Positions 12,265 through 26,995 of a stretch of 64,000 bases of DNA are shown here, one piece after another. The translations under genes and the position numbers were made by a program. Positions within the stretch are counted from its first letter, which is position 1; each line of letters begins with the position of its first letter. The stretch is from Oopsacas minuta (lineage: Eukaryota > Animalia > Porifera): contig JAKMXF010000306.1 in NCBI GenBank assembly GCA_024704765.1, forward strand, positions 62,001 through 126,000, written 5' to 3'. The notes under the pieces were generated by a model. It made no database searches. It was not told the DNA's origin and saw only the letters and a list, made by a program, of their open reading frames with translations.

Positions 12265-13177
12265 GGACTCTACTGGAAGAATGTTTCTGTTTGCACAACA
12301 GATGGTGCTCCTGCTATGCTTGGAATTCATTCGGAATTTCGAACTCGGGTAGAGACAGTGAATCCCGTTTCGAAACACAATCACTGTATGATACACCGAT
12401 ACGCTCTTGCGTCTAAAACACTTCCATCGGATCTAAAACTTGTTCTTGATGATGTTGTTACCATGGCCCATTTTATCAAGTCCAGTGCACTGAATACACG
12501 TGTGTTCCGCGTATTGTGCCAAGAATTCGATATTGACCATCAGAATTTGCTGTTCTATACTGTATTTCGTTGTCTCTCACGATGGAACATGCTCTAGCGA
12601 GTATATTCACTGAAAAACCAATTGCTTGAATTCTTTGAACGAGAAGGGAAAGAGAAGTCAAAAGTATTCTTCGGCAAACTCTCAGACAAAGAATGGCTGA
12701 AAACCTCGCCTACTTAAATGATATCTTCCCGTGAATCAACTTGCTCAAATGTCCCTCTAAGGACGGTTTACTACCGTGATTGATTATTTGGACAAGATTC
12801 GGGCATTTATTATGAAGTTAGAACTCTGGGAAGCTAAATTAACCGTTGGAAAGTTCGATTTTTTGAAAGCCTCTCAGCAACTCTTGGAGAAGAGGTGCTC
12901 TAGTAAAGGCTCACCTCTCAGATTGCGAAATTAATTTCAAACTTACTTCCCAGATCTGAGCGATCTGGACATGAAAATGATTCGAAGTCCATTAGATGCG
13001 ATGTAAGTTCTGTACCAGGCAGAGTCCAAGAGGAATTTGTTTAATTTGTCAATATACCTAATGCCCGAGATCAATTTGAAACACTCGCACTCACAAAATT
13101 CTGGCGCGAAATGAGCCTGATATATCCCAACGTGCAGATAAAGCAGTAAAAACCTTGTTGATGTTTCCCATTACTTA

Positions 13178-14476
13178 CGAAGGTCAGTCCAAAAGTTTTG
13201 TTGTATAAAGGTTCTATTTTGTCTTTAATCGAATACATACAACACTATATACTTAGATGTATATATTGACTCTACTATGTATTTGAGCTATATTCAACAC
13301 TTATTTTCTGAGTAGCTCCATTTTATCCATAAGCCTATATACAGATTTTATTATTACTGAATGGAACTGGAAAGAAGGAATTTTAAAACCATGATGTTTT
13401 ATGACTTTATGCGTAAGATATCAGTGGAGCAGAGTCATGATAACTTGGTAGTAGCTTTCCAAGATCAAGCTCCATCTAAGCCTACCTTGGAGCGTTGGTA
13501 TCTAGTTTTCAGGAGGGAGAGGACGTCACTACAAGATGAGGCTAGGTCTGGGCGACCTTCAACGCCGTCACTCCAGAGACTATTGTTGCTGCCGAGACAT
13601 TAATCAGAGAGGATAGCAGCATTACTATGAGCAGTTTGCTGAGATCAAAGATCGGGAAAGCCGCCATCAATACTATTCTACATGATTGTTTTGGTATCAG
13701 AAGGCTTGCGTCCCGATGGATCCCTCATAATCTCTCTGAAATGCAATTAGAGGCAAGGGTAGAATGGTGCAAGTTAATGCTCAAGAAATTTAAGGGAGGA
13801 GAGTCTAAACGCGTTTACGACATACTAACATGTGATGAGACATGGATCTATCAGTACGATCCGGAAACAAAGCAGCAATCTTCAATCTGGGTGTTTCCTG
13901 TTGAAGATGCCCCTGTTAAAGTTCGCCGGGCTCGCAGCGTTGGGAAGAAGATGGTGGCTGCTTTTTCCTGTAAGACTGGCCCAGTAGCAATAATTCCTCT
14001 CAAGGATCGACGTACCGTAAATGATGATTGATACATTAGCAATTGTCTACCCAAGGCTTTCGAAGCTTGGAGTTCTCCTCGCCCTAAGTCTCGTATAGAG
14101 GACTTCTCCTTCACCACGATAATGCATCAAAAACACACACAGCAGCCAAAACATTGGACTTTCTGACTTAAAATTCGGTCCAGTTGGTATGCATCCACCT
14201 TACAGTCTAGATTTAGCTCCAAGCGACCTTTTCTTGTTCCCAACATCAAGGAAACGATCCTTGGAATAAGGTTTGAGAGTCCTGAAGAGGCTCGTCTGGC
14301 ATTTGAAGAGGCCCTTTGGAGCCTGCCAGAGGAAAAATGGCATAATTGTTTCTACAGTTAGTTTCATCGTATACAACTTTGCATAGATTGTTGTGGTCGT
14401 TACTTTGAGAAACTGAAAGTTTGATTAAATTGGTTATCATATTTTTGTATGCGACAAACTTTTGGACTGACCCTCG
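13178..14476 (+). mobile_element. mariner (DD34D-type) transposon, decayed, nested in hAT
   Basis: TIRs CGAAGGTCAGTCCAAAAGTTT / AAACTTTTGGACTGACCCTCG, TA TSD; transposase pieces with RSGRP, RWIPHNL, TCDETWIY, HDNA and YSLDLAPSDLF. Confidence 0.9.
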
Positions 14477-16149
14477 TACCTTTGTGGACGAACATTTTCA
14501 GCGCTATTACTAATTAAACACAAATTTCGAGCGCTGTTGTCTGTGGAGCTGATCTCCGTCTGGCTCTTTCAAAAACGGTCAAGAAATTGATAGCCTAGGA
14601 CACAACATGCAAGCACATCCTTCCCACTAATTATTTATGTACTTTATTTATATTGGTAGAATACAAAACACTTGTATTTTTCACAACTGGGTGAAAGGGA
14701 TTGTAAACCTAATATTTCAATGCAGGCCATTTTAAGGGGTACATCACACACTGGATCCAACTTGAGGGATACGCAATGAGAAAAAGTTTGAGAACCACTG
14801 ACCTATAGCATAGCCTACTAGAGATAAGGCCTATTTACTACTTTTGACCAAAATCTAAACCCTTTTGATATGTAACAATTCAAAAACATCGTGTTTGTGA
14901 AGTTTTCAATTTATGAGAATATCGGACTGCAAAGATTCACACGGCTGCGCGCAAGTAATGTCTTCATAAGTTATCTATACCATTATGACATCTCCTATAG
15001 GAGCTGCAATAATATCTGTGATAGAAGTTGTTTACTATGTTGTTTTAGCATAATCTTGGCAATACACGTACATTAGTAGTGTGTGATCAGTGGTGACTCG
15101 ATCACGATAGCGATCCACTAATTAACGATGGGCAAAAGCACTAGTCATTATGGATATAATCATGTCACTTAAGGGGAAAAATATACTCTACCCGTAAACT
15201 ATTATCTTACCTTTGTCTGAATTAAGCTAGATGAGAAAATGGTTGAAATACAATCAATTAATTAAATCGCAATATTTTTTAATGTAATTAACTTTTTATA
15301 ATTTGTAACTTTGAATACATTATATAATGAAAACATTTAGTAATATTTTGTTGTTTGGGAATAACTGGCCTTTAGACACTTCTATAAATATAAATTACAG
15401 GATTTTTCTAACCAGCAACCCCTGATCCGCGTCCGCAAATATGTTGCTGTAATATTCCTATTTACTCTATGTAATAACCTAAGTTGTTGGGAAGTTTGTA
15501 TATAGCAATCTAGGTAGCTGGTTAGGTAGACCTTTAATTAAATACACCGTTTGCTAAATGATACATTTTATTATTCGTATGCACGCTTACACCCGAAAGA
15601 CAAAGTGGATACGTGTACACACAAAACTCTCTATACACTGCAACATATATACTTAACTTAAATTTTGTTATCTTTAGACTACATAAACTAATTTGATAAA
15701 TGCCAAGACTACGAATGCCATCTTCGAGTCTAATAATTGTTTTGTAATTTAAATGGATTATTTTGCTATCTTGTCTTTTTCGTGCTGAATAAAATAATTC
15801 GACGGTTTATGTACCCCGCACTTTTCAATGACTGTAGCGATATATTATAAAACAACTTTAGACAAGCCTAAAATATCCATTTTCGACACATTACTAGGCC
15901 ATATATCCCTGGTTACACTGCAGTTAAGCTGAGTTACACCATGGTTCATAGCAATAGACAAGGTGGGGGCTTCGGGGGGCTTGAGCTCCCCAAATTTCGA
16001 TCTCATCCATTCCTAAAATTTTCATGTACCATTACTATGAAATGGGATAATATTTAGATAGGTTCGGTCTACAAGAACACAGTTTTCCACCATATTAGTG
16101 GTACTTATTGTTCAATGTATAATGTAATTCTGTGTATTTTGTTCTGCTT

Positions 16150-18330
16150 CATTATTTGGGAATTTACTTCAAACTTTTGATTATTCCTCTTAATTGTAGT
16201 TATGTGTTTGTTATGCTATTTGATATAGTTGTACGCAGAAAACTCTTAAGTCTGCTGAGTATCCTAAAACTTCTTTCACTTGTACTAGTTATCCGCATCA
16301 CAAGAATTATCTATACTATTTTGATTCCCTCTGAGAAGAAACATTTCTGTACTGTTCAAAGATTTACATGAGTTATTTTTGATTTCAAATCTGCTCCACT
16401 GGAAATGCGACAGTTTCGATTGCGTTTGAAAAATGCAGAGTGGGTAAAGTCATCTCCGTAGAATACAATTTTGGACCAGTAGAATCTGAGTCACTGGTGT
16501 GCTCTGAAATAGTCAGTACAGTTTCTACAATTTGAAGCATCTGAAATCCCTTCTGATTAATTCTCTCCTTGATACCTGCAACATTTAGACAATTGCTTGA
16601 AAATGCTTAGTACTATAACTTTCCTGAATAAAAGTAGGATACTTTAGGGTATTCTCATCTGTATATTATTGTCATCGGATTTTCGTTTTCGGAGAAATGC
16701 AGGCGAAGAAACTTCGTTGATTATCTTCTACATCATACGTACTTTCAAAACAAAGTCAATCCTAGCTTTCAGTTCAGTGTTATTTGTTGCATCTCTTGCT
16801 ACACCCAGGGTGTTATCCAAGCGTATGCTGCGCGGCTACAGGTGCATAAATTTGTGCAAATTTATCTCTAGACGTATGAAAGTTTCTCTCTTGAGGCAGA
16901 AACTATTATTTCATAATGCATAATGTATAGTCTAGGCATGTAAATTGAATTAGAATCCTTTTTAGGCGTATTACCATGAGAATCTGGATGAAACTTCTGG
17001 CTACATCCTAATTCAATTGTAGTATTTGATAATTCTCTAAGATTGAGCTAAATGTTGCCTGCCCTTACTGTCCATTGTGTTGTACATAGTATCTAATTCC
17101 AAGAGCAGAGTAGGTAAAGAGTTAGAAGTAGAGATATTTTGACATTCTTAGATTGTTTAGATTTCATCCTCTTTATTTTCTGAATGATTTATTTCCAAAA
17201 ATCTGATATTTTGTGTCAGTGGCTCTTCATTTCACTAAGTTATGGTGAAAATTTAAGAATGTAAGTATCAATTTTCAAAATGCTAATTTGTGGTTCATAA
17301 TCAATTTAATGTTATCATTTTCCAAAATATTGGTTTTAAATAAGGGTGGAAGTTTCCATTTCGGACTTGGGCTTCCTTTCAAGTTCCAGAAACTTATTGT
17401 GACCATTTAGTATTTATAAGTATGCAGGAAGCAAAACACATTGGCTTTAATATTATGTCATTTCTAGACGGGCCCAAAGGCGTTCAAAATGCACTTAGGT
17501 CGTTTGTATGCCTACCACATCTGATATATATTATATCGAATGTTTTGTTATTTGGATAAGATCCACTAAATATGGCACGATTTTGGGAGCCAATTGTGTT
17601 AGAATGAGTATAGAATTGTTCTATTCATTTCAAAACCTTTACTAAGCTGGTTTTTCAGCATAGTGTCGTGTGATTAATCTGGAAAATATAAAAGTATGTT
17701 TACAAATTTTTAAAAGAACTGTTTTCGCATTCCATTTAGCTATTTTCCTTATTTTTTATTAACTATTTTTCTTTACCAATACATGTTCTAATCTAACATC
17801 GTTATGATCTTCTCATAGTATAATAACGTTGAGATCTATCAGGGAAATCCTGGATTTATCGAAATTTCATCACATTAATTAGTTTCTATATTCATGGGTT
17901 TCTAGAATTCATATATTATCAAACCATTAATGTTAAATGTTGTGCATTTGTGGAATCGCACTAACCTTTTTCAAGGTATAATCGTACATAAATTTTGGCT
18001 TTTCCAATTGATTTCTTTTCATCGATTTACGATATACACCTAATTTCGAACATGATGATACTACCTACTAATCCATTTCCCACAAAGTGCCTGTTTTTAC
18101 CCACTGACGTAGATCACTCTGAAATTTTATCTAAGTTGCTAGATATTCCATCTCTTAATTTGTTTTGTAATCTCTTATACTGACTCAAAGTATCTTTCAT
18201 AACGTTTGAACCATTGATTCCATCCTGATCAGTATGATTTAATCCATGTCTAAAACAATGAGTATAGTGCTTAATGTTCTAAATTAGAAACTTGATTGGC
18301 AACTTCTAATCAGAGCTGCAAATCGGTCAG
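16150..18330 (-). pseudogene. Heavily decayed hAT transposase (ZMYM1-like/Tip100 group)
   Basis: Manual minus-strand translation gives YTHCFRHGLN (~18200), CTTQWTVRA..SILENYQIL (~17050), NTELKARI (~16780) and TSERSFRILSRLKSFLRTT (~16260, dimerisation motif). Boundaries are uncertain. Confidence 0.55.
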
Positions 18331-21300
18331 TGGGTTATGCATTATGGATCATGACTCATCAATGTTTTATTCATAATTTCCTACACAATGTATGTGTACG
18401 ATGTACTACTTCAGAATTCCTTTTTACTAATAGATTTAATAATGGTGGCCATTATTATGAAAGTTTGGTATACCTTAAAGTGCTAGTAATATATACGCAT
18501 GTCTTCCGCTATACTAATAGCAACTACATTCATCAATAACGCTTCAATACCTTTAATGCTCGGAATATTATGTCATTTCAACGTAATGCAATATACCCAG
18601 AGGCTATCAAAGTTGTCTTGATCGTATTAGAAGGATATACATCAATTTGGTTCCATGATGGTGTTAAAAACATTATATTTTATAATAGTCAAATACACAA
18701 TGGGACATATGGATTATGGGTCACTCCTTCGATGAGTCACATGGGTTATGGGTCTTGTGTCACTTCATATGGTCCATTTGCAGCTCTGCTTCTAATAGTA
18801 TTCAGGCCTGTTGTTGGCTCCATCGTAATTTCAGGCGGCGCAATACTATGTCTAGAATTGTCATTTTTATATTGTCAAATAATTCCAAATTGTAGATTCC
18901 AATGAGCTCTTCATGTCATCAACTTGAAGCAGGAGCAACATCATTTCCTCAATGTTCTACAGATTGGTTAATTCATCTACCATTTTTGTATAGAAATTTC
19001 CTGAAATTTGTTCTACAATAGATCTCTATATTATTAATGACATCAGCTTGAGGATTTCATTTTGTAGGTGTTGGCTGTTAAATTTGTTTTGACATTACTT
19101 TTGCAGATATTAATTTCTTCACCTTGTATTCGAAGTGACTGTAAAGTTCGAGTCTGGCTCAACATTCAACATATCAGGCTCCTCATTTCTCTCGAGCACA
19201 TGAAATAATGCCATGCCTACTAAAGTGATAACGGCTGCTAACTTTATGATCAGCACTAGTCTGTTCTTATCCTTCTGCTCTGCATGACTTTTCTTCAACA
19301 TTTCACCAACATCTTTGATTTTGCTTGGTATTTTGATTACAAGGTTAATAGCTTCATGATGAGATATTGGACTTTGATATTTTTAGTACTCTATCTATTG
19401 GTTTTTCCAATTACTGATTTCATTGCTGGTGAACATTTTATCCATGTATCCTGATATCTTTTATCCTTGCATATCTGCTGCTACGCACTAAGAACATAAT
19501 ACACTATCGGCACCTCTTTGATAATGCAACCAGAGAATGTTTCATAACAAGAAGAGTTATATCATCTCTGTCGTTTACCAAAGGTTAGTGGTGGGAATAA
19601 AATGATTAGTTGGGGGATTTTGAGGTATAAGTATGGCTTGTTGTCTAGTTGGATTTGTCAACTGAATTTCGTTAGATATTTCAACTTTCGTTATCAACGG
19701 TTACATTTATTCAGTATCTGCGAGCTAACTTGAATCTTATCAGTCTATCGTTATCCTGATTGAACTTTTCTAGGAAAAATGAGTTTTGTATTATGCATGT
19801 TAAAGATATCGCTGTATATAATATGTAAATTCTTAGATTAAATAATCACTACATTTACAAGTGAATCTTGATATACACTAACCGAACAGAATTATTTCAA
19901 CACAACTAAATGTACAGTTACATATCTTCGTTATACGGCGAATATATGAAATTTTGTACTATAATATACATGGAAAATACATGATGGAACTGTTAGTTAA
20001 CAATACCCTGACTAAAGCTTGAAATTTATAATTAGATATTTTATAATCATATGAAGAGCTAATTACACATTCAATTCTCAATTGCATAAGACTCAAATGA
20101 GATGGAACAATTCTGATAGTGTATTTTAATTCTACGGGTCTGTGTTACCCCCCAGTATGAACATTTCGAAAGTTTACGACAAATATTATTGTTTATTTCG
20201 CATTTTCAGATTTGTGCCTCAAGTTGCAATAATCGACTTATTCCAATTCCAAATCTTTTCTAGTCAGTTTAGAGAATCTCAGATGATTTTCTTGCTGTAT
20301 TTCATTCTGGTACCAATATTCTAATAATGTGTCACTTGTGGCACATATATTATAATGCTAATTAGCCAACGAAATACGCTCTACACAATACGAAATATAT
20401 ATATAATGGGATAACACAGACCCTTAGAATTCACATGTGTTATCAGAATTGTTTCATCTCATTTCAATATTGTGCATTTAAGAATTGAATGTGTAAATGA
20501 CTCATTATCTATTTAATGAGCAAAGTGTGGTTGTAAAATATCTAATTATTAAATTTTCTTTGCTTTTGTCAGTATATTGTTAACAACAGTCATATTGTTC
20601 TTTCATGATAATATAGTATGGATGTCCAAATATTCACTGTATAGTCAGGATATATAATTGTACATTTACTTGTGTTGAAATACTTATGCTTGGTTAGTGT
20701 ATATCTAGTTATCACTCAAAACTTTTGATGCCATATATTTGGACAGAAATCCCAATTCAGCCATCAAATATACGAAATATTCGGTTAATTGAGGTAATAG
20801 ATCCCTAATAACCGATCCGTTGTCCGACGAGTTTTGTATGCATAAATCTGTTCACAAAATATCACCTCGTTTAATTGCTTATCCCTATTACGCGGCTTCC
20901 ACTGTAATAGATTAAACATGTTTGTAAGTTCGAACCATACTTTCGAAATATGCAAAGCTGTGCCATACTTGATGCATATTATCCATCACGAAAATATCTA
21001 TCAATTAATGTCTAAATATCACATGTTTGAATTAGGCAAAGCTGAGATACTTACGATTAAATGAGTGCTGAGAATGGAGTTATGCATTTTCTTTTTTGTA
21101 ATGCCTATAGGGCTAATTCAGAATTATTAAAGAGAACAGTAAATATATATTCCATATTGTTTTCTGAGATTTACTAGTATACTGAATTCGATTATTGACA
21201 TTATAATGAAAATTGAGTTCATGAAATTTCATTCTCTTTCCATATATCGTACCACTGTGAGCTTCCAGAATTACTTTAGATTTTGTATTTGATAGGTATC

Positions 21301-22019
21301 ATCACGAAATTTGCCCAATATACATTGGGAAATATTACATCAGTTTCCTCTAATACATATGTCTATGAATTATAAAATAGTGTCCAGTAACAACTTATTC
21401 CAACAATAATAATGAAATTATAAAGATTATCAATGAAATTCGTATCTTGTGTAGAAGATTATACCTTTCGTACGGCGCTCCGGCACCAGCTAGCATATAG
21501 CTTCAGAGCTGGAGGGCACACTAGAGCACTGCTCTTTGGAAGCGCTACTTTAATTAATGCTCTGTTGCTAACAAAGGTCAATAGTATTTATTTCTTAACA
21601 CAGACCTCCTTTACACACTTAATTATCATATTTCCAATTGTATTAATTGAAATTTATCCATGAATTGGCAACTTTTACCTTGAGATAATGATAATGAAAT
21701 CCGCCAGCCTTCGTGCTTAGATAGACACCATTTGGAACTGAAACAGGTTCCTCATTAACTAGAGCCTATAAATGTAATCATGATTTGATGTATTTGCTCT
21801 AAGTTCGACAATACATTATAATTAACAGGGCTGGCCCTACCGTAGGTGTCCTGTGTGGCCTAACCATATATTGCAGGGTTCCTCAACCTGTATTCATATG
21901 ACCAATTTTTGTCAGAGAGTTGTTTTTATGGATTCTTGGTCAAGTTGAAGCTCTATGATTACTATGACCAAACTTGACAAAACCTTGCCAAACTACGCCC
22001 CCTGGGTGTGGTCATGATA

Positions 22020-22225
22020 CAGTCGAAGCCGCTTAAACGGGACAATGTTTTGGGAACATAATTTTTATACACAAATAACGCAGGATAATTGGGAGATTGG
22101 CTAATCTGGGTATCTTATCCTGATTACCCAATATTTTGAAGATTATTATCGCTAATATTCGGACCTCTATTCACATAAAGCCAATATTTTATAAATAATT
22201 GCTAATTTAGATTCAATCCCATTTA
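22020..22225. mobile_element. pogo-like MITE fragment related to 2396-2811
   Basis: TA|CAGTCGAAGCCGCTTAAACGGGACA start and ATCCCATTTAAGCG near the right end. Confidence 0.4.
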
Positions 22226-23062
22226 AGCGATTAGTTATGGTGTCAAATGTATTCACGAAATCGAAATATATGTTCAGGATCACTTGAAAATGGTTTGGTT
22301 TCTAAAAAAGAATTTGCATAGAATATGTAACCTTATTTTTATACAACAACGACTCATCTTTACTAGGCCTTGTAGCCTTGATGTACTAGCTGAGTATGCA
22401 ATTACATATCCTGGTTATACGCGAATTCTTTCATTTTTGTATAGTTGGAAATAAGTCGATTTTTTCACATACTAAGTCTCGCACACATTTTTTGATATTC
22501 GCTATGTCGGGGACATGTGGCGAAAATATGAAAATCCTCTTAAGTCGATAAGATTTGCTGTAACTAATACATTCATATAGTTCTTCTGTCATATTATCTT
22601 ATTCGTTTTTCTTTCTGCAAAATCAAGGTTGACCCAAATTCCCCAGGCTTAATATCCATAATAGAGGTGATAATTTTCTTGCATATCAGCAATTTTTGAG
22701 ATAGGGAGAGTGTATATTTGCTCTGATGCTCCTAGATGATGGTATTGCATATGTCATCCATGGTGTATTTTTCGAAATTCAGGTGCACTATATTATGTCT
22801 TTATATGCAAAATGAAAAATGAACCTGCGACCTACCTTTACTCTGTATCCTAGAAATACTTTTTAAGGAATTGAGATGGCGAAATATATACAGTAAATTA
22901 TCACCCCCTGTTTTCATTGTATTAGGAGAATTTTTTTCATCTACACCAGTTGTTGTGGCTTTAGGATGCATTATGACTACATATCCCACTCGTTTAATAC
23001 AATTTTCCTACAAGTTCTATCAAAATTAATAATGCTTATATGCTTTCCTTTTTGTTTTCTAG

Positions 23063-23340
23063 GTCTTTGCTCTTAAAATATTGAATAAATGGGAGATGCT
23101 GAAACGAAGACAAACCGCTTGTTTCCGTGAAGAACGGGATATACTAGTATTTGGTGATCGTACCTGGATAACTAACCTGTTTTTTGCTTTCCAAGATGAT
23201 GATAATTTATATTTGGCAATGGAATACTGCATCGGAGGTGATATGCTTACTCTTTTGAGTAAATATGAAGATCGATTACCTGAATTTATGGCGAAATTTT
23301 ATTCTGCTGAGATGGTTCTGGCTATTGAATCCGTTCATAA
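23063..23340 (+). CDS. CDC42BP: MRCK kinase, coding exon 2
   Basis: Polypyrimidine tract plus TTCTAG| acceptor; [29 protein letters not shown]...[30 protein letters not shown] is diagnostic of MRCK; phase-2 donor AA|GTAAGT at 23341. Confidence 0.93.
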
Positions 23341-25623
23341 GTAAGTTAATACCTCGATTATCTCCCTACTTGATTGGAACCTCATTGGTAAACATCTATA
23401 TCATTGTACCCTACCCCCGGTATTCACTATGTTCTCATCAATTATTTCTGTAATCTTATCCATACTTTATTCTAAGTGCTACTACTATACATTATATGCG
23501 TGATTTACAACTTAGAATGTAATCTTATAACTGACCAATGGGAATATTCTTGATTGCATGAGTCTTCCTAGTGACACATGCCACTATGTATTTCATGGCC
23601 AACAAGGGTATGAAATTTGGCATGTAAAATGTTTTACTGTATTGATTTGGCCATAATTCTAGCGAGTATCCGTTATCAATGTCCAAAGATGCTTCATCCA
23701 TGGTCACTACACTAACTTTTAAACGTGTTTAATTTTGGATTTTTAATAAACTAATCTGTAAATTAATAGCCCTTATTTCTAGAATCCATTACACACAAGT
23801 GATTCGTTGACGGAACTTAATAATGACATGTTTTACATCATATTCCCTCTTTTAATAGTCTGCTGACTCCATTTCGGCCTTGTGTCGTCGACATTAATAT
23901 TGTGTTTCCTATTTATATGAATAATCTATAGTTAAATGCCGTGAATAGGCTGGATGCAACATTGAATATTTGCTTACCAATCTAACAAAGGTCGAAATCG
24001 TTGGTTGTCCCCTAAATCAATGTAAAGGTTGAAACCCCCTATTGGCGAAATAACCAGATTCAATTACACAGTGAACAAAATTGGGCAATTGTATTAAATC
24101 GATGATACAAACTCAATTGTAATTGTAGAATTTTGGGTACAATTCGTATTTAACACCTTTTGACATTATTTATGGTAAATTTGTAAGTGTGATATTCATC
24201 ATTATGAATGTGTCATTATTGGCATCTAGGTAGTTTGAGAAATAGTTTGAAAGGAGGGATTCCACCCAATTATGTTGCATAAGGTAAAATATTGTATTAA
24301 TCCACGAACTGATTCAAAATCAGTCAATAATACAAAATTGGCTATTAGGGAGTTAATTATTGTTGTTTTTGTTTTGTGTAACAAAAACAATTTTGTCTTT
24401 TGTAAAATCTGCGTTTAACATTTCATGATTAGTAGCCTTGTTCTTCCAAGACTTAACTTATTGTATTCCTGAAGCATCAATGCCAGATCGAAACGTATTC
24501 AATTTGTGAATTCTAAGACTTTGTTCATATCAGATTTCCATTTGTTTAATAGACTTCTAGAAATATATATATGAGGTTTGGGATGTTCACTGAATTTTTA
24601 CTATAATATTTATATCCATTGAATGCACACTATCGCCTATTTAGGGCATTAGTCGATTACCAAATTAGTGATCATGATCATGATCATTCGTTAAAATATG
24701 ATCGGATAACGTGCTATCCTTGTGCCAAAAAGAATCGCTATTACATCTACGATCGTTTTTCCGATCACTTTTCTGAAATTATTGAGCATCTCCTATATTG
24801 AGATGATCTATTCTGTGTTCCCGCGCCCGTCCGTCCATCTGCGCGGCCATACCTTTCTACCAGTCTAATTCCCATGAAAATTCGTACATTTAGCTTTTAA
24901 GGGGTAATCGAGTATGTATATTCCAAATCTGACATTTTAGCCCTTTTACTTGGGCCAAAGCAGCGATTACAGAGCTTTCCATCATCAATCCATTATTGTA
25001 ATATTTTTTGAACTAGTCAGTTTATTTTATTTGTATGCAATAATTTCACTAAACTGTTATATCTTTAAACCATTTCGCAATGTTGAGAATATACGAGTTT
25101 CATATATTACGACGTTGGGTTGCTCGCAAAAGAATATACTCAGCACCTCGTGTCTCTAAATGTCAAAAAGCTGAAAATGTATACATTAATTATCCATGAC
25201 TCTAACCACAATAAGTATCATAGCTTCCTGTTGTTACACTAAAGCCACTACACAGCTTTGTGTAATTATCAAATACAATAAAATATAGAATTTTGTGAAA
25301 TTTTCAGATTTTTGCGGGATAATGGTGACGTAAACTTTTTATAAAGTTTCCAAACTTCGATAATGTTCAATACAAATTAGAGATATCTCTCATATATTTT
25401 TGATCTCGTATATTTTTGATTTTGCTTCAGACAACGGATAATTGAGGAAGATAATCGGGGTATCCGGCACAGCAACAATGTTGAACTAAATAAGAAATTT
25501 TCAACTCGAGGAAAAGTAAATCGATATATTATTATAAACAGCTCTGCACAAATTATTATCAACTCACAAATCTATGAATTTATAATTAGTTGAATGATAT
25601 ATGGAAAATATAATGGTTGAATC

Positions 25624-26930
25624 TCTTGGTGAGACACAAAAGTAATGAGACTCGATGTGTAACTTGACTATAATCACAAATTATATATGTCATCTCCACA
25701 TAACTGTTAATACTACACCACATATTGTACCTAATTCCGTTTATACACAATTCTTACCATTTCTTTTCTGCCAATTCACTATATTTGCTCATAGAGGTTA
25801 TACTCTTGCGGCGTTGATGAATTTAGACAAAGAACATTTCAGGGCTTACATATTTATCGAGTTTAGGAGGGGTAAATCTAGCCAGAAATTCATGATCAAC
25901 TTCTGGAACCAAAACTCGATGAATTCCCGTCAAGAGCGACTGTGTTTAGATGGAATCAATCGTTTAATGAGGAGAGACTTTCGTTAAAGGACAATTCCAG
26001 AGTGGATCACTCTCCTTCCTCAACAGACGACGTCCATATTCATAAATTCGTGAATTAATTGAAGTTGAACCTAAACAGTCAGTTCGAATACTAACTGATG
26101 CAACTGAGATTAGTAGAGAATTGATTAGACGCATCTTAGTTGAGGTATTGGGGGAGAAAGGTCTGCCTTGTCTGGGCTCCACACCTGCTTTCTAAGGCTA
26201 ACATGGACTCTAGGGTGGTTTGTGTTAAAAAATCGTCGAGATGATTGATAAATACTCAATGGCCGAACTTCTAAGTTGTTGGGCTACTGAGGACGAGAGT
26301 TTGGTGTTCTTTGATCCTCATCTAACAAAGGCAGAGAACAAATCATGGCTGGCTCCTGATCAGGAGCGTCTTCGAGTTGTTCGACCTCAACTGACTAATT
26401 GTTGGGCATTAATCATTTTGGCATTTACTGGTGATGGTAAATTCAGTGTTGCTTTCCCACTCACCAAAAGGACAATAAATACAGAGGCATATATTGACTT
26501 TATTCAATCCACAGGAGAACGATGGCGTAAACCTCACACAAATCCAACAAAACTTTGTGAATTATGGTAGCAACATGACAACGCTAGACCCCATACTGCT
26601 AGAGGGACAATGGAATACCTTAAAAGGAGGGATATGATGTTAATTTAACAATCTCCATTCAGTCCAGACTTGAATCAGTGCGTTAGGTGGGTTTCAAGGA
26701 CCTTAAAAAGCATCTACGGAAAGATGAATATTCTAGTGCAGAAGAAATCAAAGAGAAAACGCTGCAATTCGTGAGACAGCTGCCTCCAGAACATTTCCAA
26801 CTTTAAATTCAAAGATTTTATAGGCATTGTAAGTCTGTGATTGAATGTATGGGGATTTCGTTTCATAAATCCAATTTGATAACTTATTAAACTCTCCTAA
26901 ATAGTCTCATTACTTTAGTGTCTCAGCAAG
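25624..26930 (+). mobile_element. mariner-like transposon, decayed
   Basis: TIR cores TGAGACACAAAAGTAATGAGAC (25630) / GTCTCATTACTTTAGTGTCTCA (to 26925); MNLDKEHFRAYIFIEFRRG, WAPHLLS, ATEDES, HDNARPH and FSPDLNQ motifs broken by frameshifts. Confidence 0.8.
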
Positions 26931-26995
26931 TATTTACTCATTATGGAAAATTGATTTATATACGTAAATAACTCAATATAGTGCAGTGTTTAATT

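Larger units (their letters stand above)
7897..14800 (+). mobile_element. hAT (Buster/Charlie, FAM200/ZBED5-like) transposon carrying two nested insertions
   Basis: TIRs CAGTGATCCTCAAACT / AGTTTGAGAACCACTG; 8-bp TSD ATCTATAG / ACCTATAG (7/8). Transposase pieces 8260-8956, 12265-13177 and 14477-14560 (LKRHL, EFLFCHCLETTTKGEDIF, TTDGAPAM, HCMIHRYALASK, FPITYLCGRTFSAL after removing the inserts). Confidence 0.88.
3243..23062 (+). other. MRCK intron 1 (19,820 bp, GT-AG), TE-filled
   Basis: Flanking exons join into a continuous kinase domain (YKANSM|VFALKIL) with no missing subdomain. Confidence 0.85.

Noticed and set aside
16900-19500. LINE reverse transcriptase relic
   Set aside because: A few words looked LINE-like, but the clearer motifs (HC..H, TQW, SERSF) are hAT. 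No YADD or other RT motif was found, and 18330-19500 remains unassigned.
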